A stretch of DNA of 64,000 nucleotides from the NCBI RefSeq assembly GCF_009914755.1, contig NC_060939.1, one strand, 5' to 3'. This DNA comes from the human T2T-CHM13v2.0 reference genome, Homo sapiens. Positions 16,118-40,838 of this stretch are shown in pieces. A program made the position numbers and the translations under genes. The notes under the pieces are model-generated. The model saw nothing but the letters and a program-made list of their open reading frames with translations, was not told the DNA's origin and searched no databases. Numbering within the stretch: the first letter of the stretch is position 1; each line of letters begins with the position of its first letter.

Positions 16118-17372
16118 GAGAAGTGCTTTTAACTCCACACGTGTTTAGGTTTTTTGGTTTGTATTTGTTATTTTTACTTTTTTCCTTTTACTACATCAAA
16201 ATGAGTCCTTTATAATTTCTGCCCTAGGGAATTCTAATAATTTTTCTTTGTGGTCCAATATAAAATCATTTTTAATGTATGCCATGAATGTAGTCAACTA
16301 TTGATAATAATGTAGTACTAGTAGTTTGCTCAGTCAGCACAAATTGTCAGGACACAGTGGTAATTTCTGCATGTGGATTATCTCCTGATTCTTAGAACAA
16401 CATGAAACCAGGCTCATGAAAGATGAGTAATTATCCCAGGGTACTGTCTCCCTCACCTCCAATGGTGGGCCAGAGCTAGGTCCAAGACTTTGAATTCTAG
16501 AGTGTTAGACACCATCCTATGCAGCCTCCCACTGAGTAAGGGTGGTCACTGTTTGTAGGGTGTAGAGTTTGATAGATACGTCTGTTACTTTGACTTCATT
16601 AGTTTTATTTAGAATGCTTGAATGTGTGAATGTATTGATTAATATATTCGTTATTGCCTTCTCTCTGTGCTTGGAAGAGAAGAAAATTGAAGTTTACCAC
16701 TACCATGGGTTTACTTTGCGTGCTTTGTTATTTGGTGTATAAAGATTCACATCTTAGATCTTCTGTAGGTCATATGGTGTTTCGTTTAAAGGGAATCTTC
16801 TTCTGAAGAGTTTAGCCTTGAATTCTGCTGAGATTTACATTGGCAATCCTGTTTGCATTTTGTTTGCCTTGGACAGCCATACTTTTATGCACTCCTTTCC
16901 TACTAATGTGTTTATTTTGCTTTTGATGTTGATATATTTGTTCAACCAACATTTTTAGATGCCCGAGTGCGCTCCAAGCACTGTCTAGGTGTCACAGTGG
17001 CGATTGGGATACAGTCCTGCCTTCATGGATCTTCTGGGCTGGTCGAGGAGACAGACAATAAACCAGTCAATGAATGAATAAGTAACTGCAAAATTTTAGT
17101 TCTGCTCTAATGTGGTAGCCATTCACTTCATGGGGGTTATTTAAATTAGTTAAATTAATAGTAGCTTACTCATTCAGCATGTATTGTCGGACACAATGGT
17201 ACTTTCTGCACATGGATTATCTCCTTTGATTCTTTTAACAACATGCGGTATGTATTGTTATCGGTCCTACTTACGAGGTAACCAGGACTAGGCACATGAA
17301 AGATGAGTAATTACCCCAGGGCACTGTCTCCCTCACCCTCAACTGTGGGGGTAATTTTTAAAATAAAAATTA

Positions 17373-17660
<288 letters not shown>

Positions 17661-18204
17661 TTAATTTGAATAAAATTTGTTGTTCCTCACTTGCATGTGT
17701 CATATATTATGTGCTTGATAGTCATGTGTCTAGTGGATACTGGATTGAACAGTGCAGATGTGGGACATTTGTCAGTGCACGAAGGTTTGGTAGACAGTGG
17801 TGCCTTAGATGCCGTCATGGAGATGGGTTGGTTCTGAGGTACAGTGTCAAGTCACTGGGGGCACCTGGAGTGGTGACCTGAGAAAACCTGAATTTTGAGA
17901 AGGAACCTGTACTGTGAGGGTGTTGTCTATGGGGCATGTGGTACTTGTATTTAGGATTTTGGTAAAAAGTGACTATTCATAAGCTATTTAAAGTTTCTAT
18001 TTTAAAAGTATAGGGTTTTTAGGTAGTGTGTTTTCTTTTGTTCTAATAGGAATTGTTTTGGTCATATTAGGGAAAATAATTGGCTTGTTGATACATTTTT
18101 ATTTCCATTGATTAAATCTGGTAGCCATTATTTACTTTTATAGATTGAAAAATGGTTCAGTGTTTCAAAAGTATTTTGAGCTTGTCTTTGAAAAGAGATA
18201 GACA

Positions 18205-18400
18205 GGCAGGTGCAGTGGCTCAGACCTGTAATCGCAGCAGTTTGGGAGGCTGAGATGGGAGGATTGTTTGTCAGGAGCTCAAGGCCAGCCTGGGCATCAT
18301 AGCGAGACCCCATCTCTACAAAAAGTAAAAAAATTAGCTGAGCGTGGTGGTGCACGCCTGTAGTCCCAGCTACTTGGGGGGTTGTGGTGGGAGGATGGCT
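18205..18400 (+). mobile_element. Alu (AluJ-like, 3' truncated)
   Basis: Sense Alu ending in the right arm. Confidence 0.85.
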
Positions 18401-19407
18401 TTTCCAATTATCCTACAGATATTTTTCAAAATGATTACTTTTAAACTATAATCTTTTTATTCAGAGGTAGGATGCTAGTTCTACAATTGCCTAGGTCTTC
18501 TTTAATTTGTATATGTTAAGAAATTTTAATGGGCAATTTAATAAGTGTTGAAATTTCTAAGAATTATTTCTGTATGTTAGAGTTGTGATAACGCAGACAT
18601 TTTCCCTGAAGTACTTCTCTGAGTCTGATTTGTTTTCCTCCATGGGTGCCACATAGGTTTCTTTTAAGAAGGTAAAAAATAAAAGCTGACTAAGGTACAT
18701 ATTGATTATTCCAGACAACATGCAGACATCACTCAATGAGTGCAGTTCTCATCAACTCACCATTTGTTTCAATTAGAAAAAATTCTCATCAAAACTAATT
18801 TTTCTGCATGAAATACCTTTTCAAATCACACTGAATGTGATTTATTAATTGTGATTTATCAAATTCAGTTTTCTGCTGGATACTAAAGGCACACCTCATT
18901 AAGACTAGTGATTATGGAAATAGTACAATATTTTAGAAACTTTTGATTGTAAAAATTTCTTTTAAAATGAATACATACAGATATGTTATTGTTCAGATAT
19001 TTAACACTTACGTAGAAACTCACTGATCTACTAACAAGTAGAAAAGAGACCTTTAGCCAAATGCCTCTGTACTCAGCAATAAAATGATTAATTACTGTGT
19101 TGCTCTTTTCTCTGGTTAAGGCTTTTAACAAATTTTGTTTTTCCTTTTACTATTACACCATAACTTGTTTAAATTTTGTTGCTGTTGCAGAATTACAGCA
19201 GACATTACAGTTCATGTCTCCCTGTGTATACGAGGGAGAGTTTCTCTGGGCTGTGTACATGGGGGAGTGTGGGCCTGACCTGTCACATTCAATTTTTATT
19301 TCACAGTCTTATATCTAATGCTCATCATTGCATAATGTAACTAGCTGGGGTTAGTTTCCTCAGTCCCTGACTCTTCTCTTCAGAGCCTGTTTTCTCTCCG
19401 TTTACAG

Positions 19408-19486
19408 ATGGGCCAAGGTTGCTCGGGTGATTGGTTTACTGGCTTCGCACAAAACTGATCTCCAGGAAAATACACCTGTTGTTGAG
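19408..19486 (+). pseudogene. ULK4-derived exon (79 nt, open frame)
   Basis: tttacag|ATGGGCC...GTTGAG|gtaatg encodes WAKVARVIGLLASHKTDLQENTPVVE. Confidence 0.88.
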
Positions 19487-22381
19487 GTAATGTCTTTTAT
19501 GACTGAAATGTGATGAATGACAAGAAATACTGTTGTTGATTCTGTAATTTAGAACATGTGGCTTTCCTTGACCTTCACTTGACTTTTCTTTGTGGGATTG
19601 TGGAAATTGTTCAAAAACTTATCACCTCAACAGACCTTTAGGCTTAAACATAGCGGCTCATTTACAATGTAGTCCATCATTAAAATGGCACAGCAGAGTT
19701 AACAAGGCTCGTGAACCCTACTCATCATTATTTCATTTGTTTTTGAATAAGACTTGTTCATTTCCCGTTTTCTTGTAGTCTGTCCAACATTTTGTTACAG
19801 CTAATGTATTTCCTAATTAAATCATAGCTTATAATTCAAAATTCAAATTCTTCTGGCTTTTAGTGTTTTCGTATGAAAGATTACTTTCTACCTATTCTGT
19901 TAATGTATATTACACTTTATTGGTAATAGAGTGTTATACCTTGAACTGGGAGAGGCTCAAGAGTCAGTGTAGGTGAAAAGAACCAAGGCTTTTTAGGGGA
20001 AATAGCAAGAGGTCCTGAAGGAAGTTAAAAAGGGTAAGGGAGAGAGGATTTTGTAGAGCTGAAGCTGGTTGTGTGGTATTTGGGGCTTTAAGAGGAATTG
20101 GAAAACTTTCTATGTCTGTGTTGTCCACTATAGTAGCCAATTGGTATTTGGAGCCTCAAGAGGAATTGGAAACTTTTCTCTCTGTGCCATTCACTGCAGT
20201 AGCCAATTGCTGGGATAGTATACCAGCTGGCCTTACAGTGTCTGGGTGGAGATTAATATAATTTCACTGTATTTCCCTTGCTTACAATTACATCTCTATT
20301 TCCTGCAAACTGTTGGATCTCTGAGCTACTAGTAAAATGCCACTAAGTCTAATTGTTTCCTTTTTTGGGGGGCCTAAAATAAATGAATTGTGACCTGTGT
20401 GATTACTGATGGTACCCAACTTGGTTCTCAGAGATGTGTCGAGTAGATTTTTATCTAAAAGATTGAGCATATAGGGCAGTATTACCAGGAAGATGAGAAG
20501 GCTTAGGATCTTAAAAATGGGGGTTCCTTCTGATGGCTCAGAGCAAAAGGTCTCCAGTGAGATGGAGTAGCTGTAGAAGATGGGAGAGAACATAAAGTCC
20601 AAGACAAAGTCCCAAGATTTTAGAGGATATTCATGCATCGTCAGAGCAGGCATTTGTTGCTCAGAAGCTGTGAAGAAAGAGCCTCTGAATATGTAAAATA
20701 TGACTGTTGAATTAAATGATTCAGTAGTTGCAGTAGATTATGGATACTTTAGGAAGCTGAGTTAGTGAATTTGAAGATCAGTTGGATGAATTCTCTTAGG
20801 ATTCAGAAAGAAAGAGGATAAAGATTGTGAATTAAAAAGGCATGGATGATAGTTTCAGATGTGTTCCACTATCCAGTATAGTAGCCACCAGCCACTGTGG
20901 CTATTGAGTGCTTGAAGAACAGCTAGTCTGAATTGAGATGATCAACTTATAGAAAAGAATACTATGGGCACCCTGTAATTTCCAAACCCCTTGTTCTACT
21001 TGATCTTTTTCACAGCATATATCACCACCTGGCATTTTATGTATTTATTTCTCTTTCCATACTAGACTACAAGCTCCATTGGAACAGGGATTGTGAATTG
21101 TCTTGTTCAACACTCCACCCCCGTGCCTAGACAGTGTCTTGTGTATATCTAGATACTGACAAATATTTTGAAATAAGTGAATGAAAGTGTATCAGTATGC
21201 TTGGGACTCCCTGTAGCAGTGCCTGGAAGATGGTATGTTTTGCTGCTGCAGGAATTCTCAAGGGACTGGGCAGAGGGCATGTGAAGTAATCTGGGACCTG
21301 CTTGTCACCCTGGGTGATGTGCTGCCCTTGTTCTACTGGTACTTGCTGTTGCGGCTGCTGCACTCCCACTTGGAGAGTTTGGCCCAGCAGTTCCTGGACC
21401 ATATTTGTTACTTGTGCTCACTCAGGTTGAGTTCTGTGGCCAGTTTGTATTCTCAAAGTATTTCTGCTACTCCAGTTATACTTTGTCAACGTTGTATTCC
21501 TGGTCCTGCCTCAACTGAGAGGAAAGGGTGGGTGTTAATTCCCGAGGTTCTTGTATCTTTGATTCCGGTACTGTTCTCTTCATGGGTGTTTGCTGATGCT
21601 TTATTAATTTGAAATGCAAGACCTTAGGGAAAATCATACTTATTTCATTTAAAAAATGGTGTGTACTGAACTATCTGGTGAACTGTTTTGAATTACACAC
21701 ACTGTATTGTGAACTACATTTGGTTGGATAGTAGGGAGCTTATATAATAACTTGAAATTGAGCCAGGTGCTCCTTTGTGATGCCATCTTAATTTTATTAT
21801 TTCTCCACACCTTTTAGTTCTTTAGTTCGTTACTTTTAATGGCAAAATCTGTGAATTTCTTTTACATCAACCTATTTCCTGCTGTGAGCAATTGGCTGTG
21901 ATAATTTAAGGAGCCACTAGAGGTCATTCAAGCACTAGAAAAAAAGTTGTGCAAGTTTTAAGAATTTGTTTCAACTTCTGGAAGCAGGATCTGTAGAGGC
22001 TGAGCAGGTACATGGTACCACGTTTCATCTTTTTCCTGGTTTTTTAGAAGTTTCTGCTACAGGATGTGTGGCTCCATTCCACTGGTGATTTTTACCATTT
22101 GAGAGGAATCAGATGAATGAAAACCATTATAGCCTCTCCAGAAAAATGCAGTCAGCACCTAGCACATGATTTCAGGGGATCTGAAAACTCTGCGGAGTCC
22201 ACTGGTGAATCTTTGGTTCATAACTCCTGAGACCAGGTTTCTGTAAAACTCACAATTGGGTGCTTGTAGATAATTTTTCAGTAATCAGTAACAAAATTTC
22301 AAGTGTAAGATAAATCCTGAATTCTCTATTAGATTTACTATCAGTGAACAAGAAAAATTGTGGTTGAAGTTCCTGTAAGCA

Positions 22382-22707
22382 TTTTATTTTTTATTTTACT
22401 TATTTATTCATTTATTTTTTGAGACAGAGTCTCGCTCTGTTGCCCAGGCTGTAGTGCAGTGGTGTGATCTCGGCTCACTGCAACCTCTGTTTCCCAGGTT
22501 CAAGAGATTCTCAGCCTCAGCCCCAGCCCCACAAGTAGCTGGGACTGCAGGTTCATGCCACCATGCCCCGCTAACTTTTGTATTTTTAGTAGAGACAGGG
22601 TTTCACCATATTGGCCAGGCTGGTCTTGAACTCCTGGCTTCAAGTGATCCACTTGCCTTGGCCTCCCAAAGTGCTGGGATTACAGGTGTGAGCCACTGCA
22701 CCAGCCT
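22382..22707 (-). mobile_element. Alu (AluS)
   Basis: Antisense Alu consensus. Confidence 0.88.
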
Positions 22708-23242
22708 GGTACTTTCTAATATTTTGGATGCTTTCTTACTTGCTAAGCACTTTCTCTTACCTGGAATGTTTTTTACATTACCCCCTCCCCCAGTGATCTA
22801 ATTTCTACTTTCTCTTTAAAGCCCAGCTAACATTCCATTTTCTCCATCAGGCCTTCCCTAACAGTCCCAGAACTCCTACATTGCCTGGTGTGCTGACCTA
22901 AAGCCCTCATTAAGACCAGTAACAAATCAAGCCTATCTTATCAACTGACAACACATTCTGGAACCATGGCGTGTCCATGGATAAGACATGAAGTCCTTCT
23001 TTCAAGACTTGGTTTTCTGGTCCTGGAAAATACCAATATGGATAAAAGACCTTCAAAGCTGCTACGATGGGTAAGGAACAATGCACACAGTATACCATTA
23101 AGGCAAAGAAGATAGTCTTAATCCTGTATGAAATGCCAATGAAGATGTAATTAATGAATAGACATTTCATTGAAATGAAATCAAAAGACATTTTCCTTCT
23201 CTGACATAACAGAGTAGAACTCTCTAGTAAGAACACAAAACT

Positions 23243-23480
23243 GACCAGCCTGACCAATGTGATAAAACCCCCTGTCTCTACTAAAAAGACAAAAATTAGC
23301 CATGCATGGTAGCAGATGCTTGTAATCCCAGCTACTCAAGAGGCTCAGGCATGAGAATCTCTTGAACCCAAAAGGTGGAGGCTGCAGTGAGTCGAGATCG
23401 CACAACTGCACTTCACCCTGGGCGACAAAGCAAGACTTTGTTTTTTAAAAAAAAGAAGAAGAAGAGAAAAAGAAAAAGAA
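23243..23480 (+). mobile_element. Alu, 5' truncated
   Basis: Sense Alu starting at GACCAGCCTGACCAA, with an A/G-rich tail. Confidence 0.85.
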
Positions 23481-23854
23481 CACAAAACTCTGGTTACTGC
23501 TCTATGAGAATTAAGTGAATGTGAAGGAGAAGTTGGAATAATATTACAAGTTGGTGAAATATTGGAATTCTGGTCTGTTGGTGATTGGTCTTCATCTTTC
23601 CTATAAGAGATAGCTCATTACACAATGTATTCTCATTTGTCTGAACGGGATTATTTCCCTTAAGGCGATGGCCTCTTCTGCATCTTTATGTCTCTAATGT
23701 CTAGCATGGGAACTACTCAATATATATTTCAGGTTGTTGACAATGATTGCTGCTGTCTATTCCATCTAGGTAAGGGTTTTTGCATTCAAAAGGCCCTTTG
23801 CCTTAAGACCTAAAGAGGTTTTGGAACATCAGCAAGCATCCATCTCGAGGTAAA

Positions 23855-23928
23855 TAACTGGAATCCCAATGGGCTGTGTGTGTGTGTCTGTGTGTGTGTG
23901 TGTGCGTGCTAACTGGAATCCCAGTGGG

Positions 23929-23963
<35 letters not shown>

Positions 23964-24007
23964 AAATGGAATCCCAATGGGGTTTTGTGTGTGTGTGTGT
24001 GTGTGCG
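23855..24007. repeat. Three-unit minisatellite, TAAMTGGAATCCCARTGGG + (GT)n
   Basis: Three ~52-bp units directly visible. Confidence 0.9.
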
Positions 24008-24333
24008 CTCATGCCTGCATACACATGCGTGCACTTCTGGTACATTTTGAACAGGCATCAGATTATGTTCCCACAGCCCCTCTTCATCAAAATGAAGACC
24101 TTGTACGTCTGAAATACAGTTTGTGAAAGTCAAATTGTTATCCCTGTGACATAGAACAGCCGTTAAAAATGTATTTCACTGGAATGTCATTCTAAATGAA
24201 TATTTTTAAATAGATATCCAAAAATAAGAAAATACAGTGATTTTAGTGTAATAAAACTGATTTCACAATTGTTTCAAGAAACTCGGAAAATAAAACTTCA
24301 AACTGGAAAAATGTGGCCATAAGAATGCATGGA

Positions 24334-24688
<355 letters not shown>

Positions 24689-25075
24689 TCAAAAGTCAAT
24701 ACCTTTGTGACCTACAAGTCTCTTTATTTGCCCTCCATTATAGACTGAGCTGTTAATAACATTTAATGAGCTCACATGGATTCACTGGCTAATAAAGAAG
24801 AATAGAGTTGAGGACATTGCTGCCCTGTTTATGCCCAAAAATTACCCTAAACTGAAAGTTGCTTTGTGTTCCTTCACTCCCCTCTGCTGGTAAATTTTAA
24901 TATAGTTCTTAATTTTTTTAAGTCAAATTGATAGAAACATCAATTGTGTTTTTAAAACTGTAAGAAAAAATAATGTTGAACATCACAAAAATGTACTCAA
25001 TCTTTCCCAAAACCCATTTCTTTCCAGTTAGTTTTCATAACTGTAGGTTCTTAAAAAAAAAAAAATGAACACTTT

Positions 25076-25498
<423 letters not shown>

Positions 25499-25814
25499 TT
25501 ATCAGAGGCTTGACTGTTTTATTATCTCAGTCTTTTGAAAGAATCCTCCTTCAGTTTTATTTTTTAAATCTAGTGGTTTTTCTTTTTCCTTTTTCCTTAT
25601 GTCTTAATTATTTCCCCCTTTTTGTTTGTTTTGCTTTTCCCAGTTTAGTGGATCAATGTAATTTAAATTGCTTTTTAAACAAACATGTAAGGGTATACAT
25701 TTTCGTTGGGTGCTGTTTGACTTTGTTGCACAAGTTTTAAAATCTATTTTTTAATAGTTTGTATTTTCTAAATTATTTTATTACAACTTTTGTTCACATT
25801 GCTCTTACTATTAA

Positions 25815-26135
<321 letters not shown>

Positions 26136-26539
26136 CAAAAGCTTTGTGTTTTTACAGATATTAGACATGTTTCTTGTTTAAGAAAAAAAAATCTTAATGA
26201 AAACGTAGGAGAATAAAAGAAACATTTTTCCAAAAAAGAGAAATCATTGTGATTATTTTATCTTATTAGAATGTTGGATAATATAGTCTGCTTCATTAAT
26301 CATCAAGCATGCTATGCATTTTCCATTTTTATAGGATCTGTATCTCAGTTAAGGTAATACTGGTAATTTTTGTACTGTAATCAAAGATGAAGAATATAGG
26401 CCAAAATCATAGACCTTGCATAGAAGCTGGATAATGAAGACAGCTATGGAGAAAAACATAGATACACACACACGGACACACATATATATAAAGTATACAC
26501 ACATATATTTTTTAAAGTTTTAAAGCTTTTAAAGCAAAA

Positions 26540-26800
26540 GCCGGCCCCTCTTCTCTTCCAGAGTGGGAGGCCTCTCCCCTCTCTTAGAGTGGGTGGGGAG
26601 AGCAGTTGCCATGGGCAGCTTTCCTTGTGAGCCACAGGTCCCTCTGGACACACTGCTTTCTGGCCACGCCCCCTTTCCTTTTCATCTTTCTCATTGACCA
26701 ATGGGCTTGGAGCATTAAGGCCACGCCCCTATTCCGCATTCTACTGGGGCCCTGGTTACGCCTCCTCTGGCTCAGTCACACAGCTGCCTGGTAGGTGACT
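26540..26800 (+). promoter_or_regulatory. Putative GOLGA8 proximal promoter
   Basis: Two GGCCACGCCCC (SP/KLF-type) boxes at ~26662 and ~26719 flank a CCAAT box at ~26698, 150-210 bp upstream of the ATG. GC content rises sharply here. Confidence 0.6.
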
Positions 26801-26871
26801 GGAGGCCTTGATCGGTTCTCATTGAGATTTTGCTGCTGTGACCCCAACCCTGCCTCCCTCCCCACCCTGCG

Positions 26872-37297
<10,426 letters not shown>

Positions 37298-40200
37298 ACA
37301 TCACCATCCTCAAAGAGCTGCTCAAGAAATTTTTAAATAAGAAACCAAGTTATGGGGTTAATCTCCTACACAATTCATTTACTTCCTTTGAATGTTAGAC
37401 TCACTCATGATTATTTGTGTTTCTAATTTATAGTTTAAGTTTATTTGTAAAAAGTTAAAAGAGAGTGGGTGTCTGTGGCTCTCACTGATGTTCACTCTGG
37501 CATCCTTTAGCATTTTTCTTTTTTAATTTCATAATTGTAGGTCATTAGCGTGCATATCGAGTTTGCCCTTACGTGGTGGGAGTTCAAACACACAAAGACC
37601 CACTCTTTGCCCAAAACTGTTCTCTTTGGTTTGGAATAGGCTGCCATGCTTTTTTAATGTTATTGCAGCATGTATATTCACTACAGCATTCAGACAAAAT
37701 TTGCCTATGTTCTGCTGTTGTTTGATCTAATCTTAATCACAGTGAGCTCTTCCTTAGCTCAATATGTAGTTTGCCCCCAAGTGTGCACTGTTTATTACTT
37801 TGTAATACGCCACTATGAGTACTGACATTTAGAGTTGTTTAAAGGCCAAGAACTGGAAACAGCCTTTCCTCCATTTTCTGTGTATTGGTGATGGGAGTGA
37901 TAACCTTTTGGGGGAGCTTTTTAAATCTCACAGAAGAGGAAAGTGGCCTCCTCTGGCAGGTATGTGCAGGATAGAGTGTGTTTCATCTGTTCCGGTGCCA
38001 GGAATTAGCGGTGTATTATGGTGGTTCCCTTAGGATTTGTATGTGCTCTGGGCTCATGAAGATATTGCATCATGAGCTGCAGCAGTTGTACTCTTTTTCG
38101 ATGACCTAAAAAGGGCTTATTTCTGAGGAATGAAAGGTTCCCATCGTTGACTGTGGATGTGGAAAACCTTTCCTAGCTTAGAGCATTTGTATCTACAATA
38201 CATTTTAAAGTCAGAGTTCATGTTACCTGTTTTAATCACATGACTACATGTCCCAGTACACAAAAGGGCACTGGTTGGCATTCTTCTTAATGTATTTAGT
38301 GAAGATCATAAGAAATCCTTTATGAGTTCAAACGTCCCTGGAACAGGCATACAGGCTCTAGTCAAGAATGAATTAGAGTGAAGGAAAGCTGTGTGACACC
38401 TGGCATTCCTCTCTGTTCACGGAGATTCTTTGAGGCTTGAAGATTGATTTTACCATCTAGACCTCTTTGGCTAATACCTATTCTTCAACCACCTTGGTTA
38501 CTCTGACATAGGAATTTACTTCTTTTTCCTTGAATGGAAAACACTTTAAAAAATAATAGAAACATTATTATAAACTAATATATGTGAGATACTTAGTTGA
38601 AACAAAAAGGAGTTTTAGTAGATGGTATTGTACTCTCTTTGAAAATCAAGGAGAAGTTTATGAAACTTAAAATGTGTACAAACTGCAGTGCAATCTACTG
38701 TTCGTGAATGTCAATGTATTATCAGGAAACGTGTCTATACAATCACAGAGTTATATTTTCTCACAGACTTCTTTACAAAGTGAAATATGTTTTTGTACCT
38801 CTGGGTTTCTGTTCGGGACATATTTTGTGCGATATTTATGTGATTGTGCCTATGCATGATGAATGAATACATTTCAGTTATATATTGCCTAAATCGTAAC
38901 TTGATGATGCTTGGGAAAGACTCAACAGTTAAAACTTCATGAAGTTCTAATGTCTGTGTTCCAAAACACATCACATTGTTAGGATGCAGGGAGATAGGTG
39001 TGTGTGCTCCCTGCGGTGGGGATTTCTAGTTACTAGATCATCTCCATTTTTAGCATTTGGCATCCTCATGATACTTCTATAAATATGACATTAACAGGAG
39101 AGCAACAATACGATTTTACCGATGGAATAACAGATTTGCTGGCATTCACTGAAAGAGTGCAAATATTCGGTCCTTGTGACTTCCACTGACTCTTCCAAAT
39201 TTTATGAATGTATCAATGTATTAGATAAACCCAGTTTCAGAATGATAAAGAAAAAATCTTAGACCAAATAATGCGGCTAATTAACAGTGGTACGATTTGT
39301 AGCCCGTGGGTTTAAAATGCACTTAAAGTCCTGTTCTCGCCTTTTATTTTCTGAACTTGCCGCTTTTGCATTCTTTGAGTTCAGTTTAAAGACAGTTACT
39401 TTAAGAGCATTTTAAACCCTCGGGCTAGAAATCGGACCACTGTTAATCAGCCACATTATTTGGTCTAACGTTTTTTCTTTTATCATTCTGAAACTGGGTT
39501 TATCTAATACATTGATAAATTATTGCAAAGGTACTTTTATCGTTGAAATCACTTCACTTTTACCCTGATAAATATCAGTGACTAGGAATGACCTTCGGAT
39601 AGCGTTTAGCATCTGTAACCAATCTGACAATAATGTGTTCATGAGGTGCCTATGGATTAAATCACACACTGGCATATTTAAGCTGAAGGTCAGTCTGGAA
39701 AATAAATTTACTATATTGACTGAAATACCACTCTTTGTGTAGGCATTTGTCATATACTTAAGAAAACGCTAAAAAGAATGGAAATTGTATGACAATAACT
39801 TAAGTCTTTCTCCAAAGTGCATGCAGTCTTTTGCGATACCTCATTCAGCCGAGTATTTGTGCTCTTCCTCATTCAGTATAAGGCAGCTTTCAGTTTGCTT
39901 AGAAGGCAACATTGGAATGTTAGAGTTCATCAGAAACATAGAATTTTAAACTGTGAGTTCCACTGAATACATTTTAATGTCTGTAGGAAGAATCAAAACA
40001 CCTATTTAAAGATGGCAATATATAATAATCATTTTAAAAGTATTTGATTCAACCTGATAATTTTCCAGAAATGAAAAAAAAAATCAGCTCTAAAACCAAA
40101 GCGATTTTAGAAAATTTGAAAATGTAAATCAGCCCTATCCATAATATAGTTTCTCTAAAACTTTATCTTAGTCATTTTAAAATAATATAACTATTAAAAA

Positions 40201-40490
40201 ATGTAACTGCTATCTTAATGTTCTGAAATAATTTAAAACATTTTAAAATATGAATACTGTAGTATAAAAGAAAGAAATGGTGGGAACGAAAAGCAGAGAA
40301 AGAAATGCCAATTCCAGTCCAAAGTTTTATTTGCCAAGTTTTCTTAGAATGAATTTTACCAGTTTATGAATTATTGTAAACAGAATGTGTCATGGAAATA
40401 CTGAAAGATTTTTCCCTAGAGTGGCCTTATTGACTGCTGGTGTGATGCCACTGTAATGTAATAAATTATTAAATTGTTTCAATGTGTTGT
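37298..40490 (+). other. Long AT-rich GOLGA8 3'UTR with poly(A) signal
   Basis: Repeat-free AT-rich block after the stop. AATAAA at 40460-40465, ATTAAA nearby, then U/GU-rich sequence. Confidence 0.75.
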
Positions 40491-40644
40491 TTTTGCCTTA
40501 AAATTTTATTTTGTGTTTCTTGAAAACTATAGTATTAAAGGTATTGATACTGTGCAAATGCTGGGCATGCTTGGCACGAGATAATGTGTTTCATTTTTAC
40601 AAAGTTGTGATATAACTATGCAAGTGTTTCTTAAAAGAACACAA

Positions 40645-40838
40645 GATTTAAAAATTATGGGATTAAAAAAAGTTATGGGGTGAAAAAGTTATGGGATAAA
40701 AAATGTAAAAACGTTGTGGCAAAAAAACTTGTGGGAACAAAGTAGAAAACAGTATTATGAAAAGTTACCAAAAAAGTTATGAAAAAGAAGTTACGGGATT
40801 CTTTTTTAAAAAGTCATGGAATAAAAATAAAAATTAAA
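40645..40838 (+). repeat. Degenerate A-rich tandem array, (AAAAAGTTATGGG)n-like
   Basis: About ten diverged units directly visible. Confidence 0.85.

Noticed and set aside
40645-40838. Repeat-spacer-like array resembling CRISPR
   Set aside because: Short degenerate A-rich units with no unique spacers, in eukaryotic DNA.
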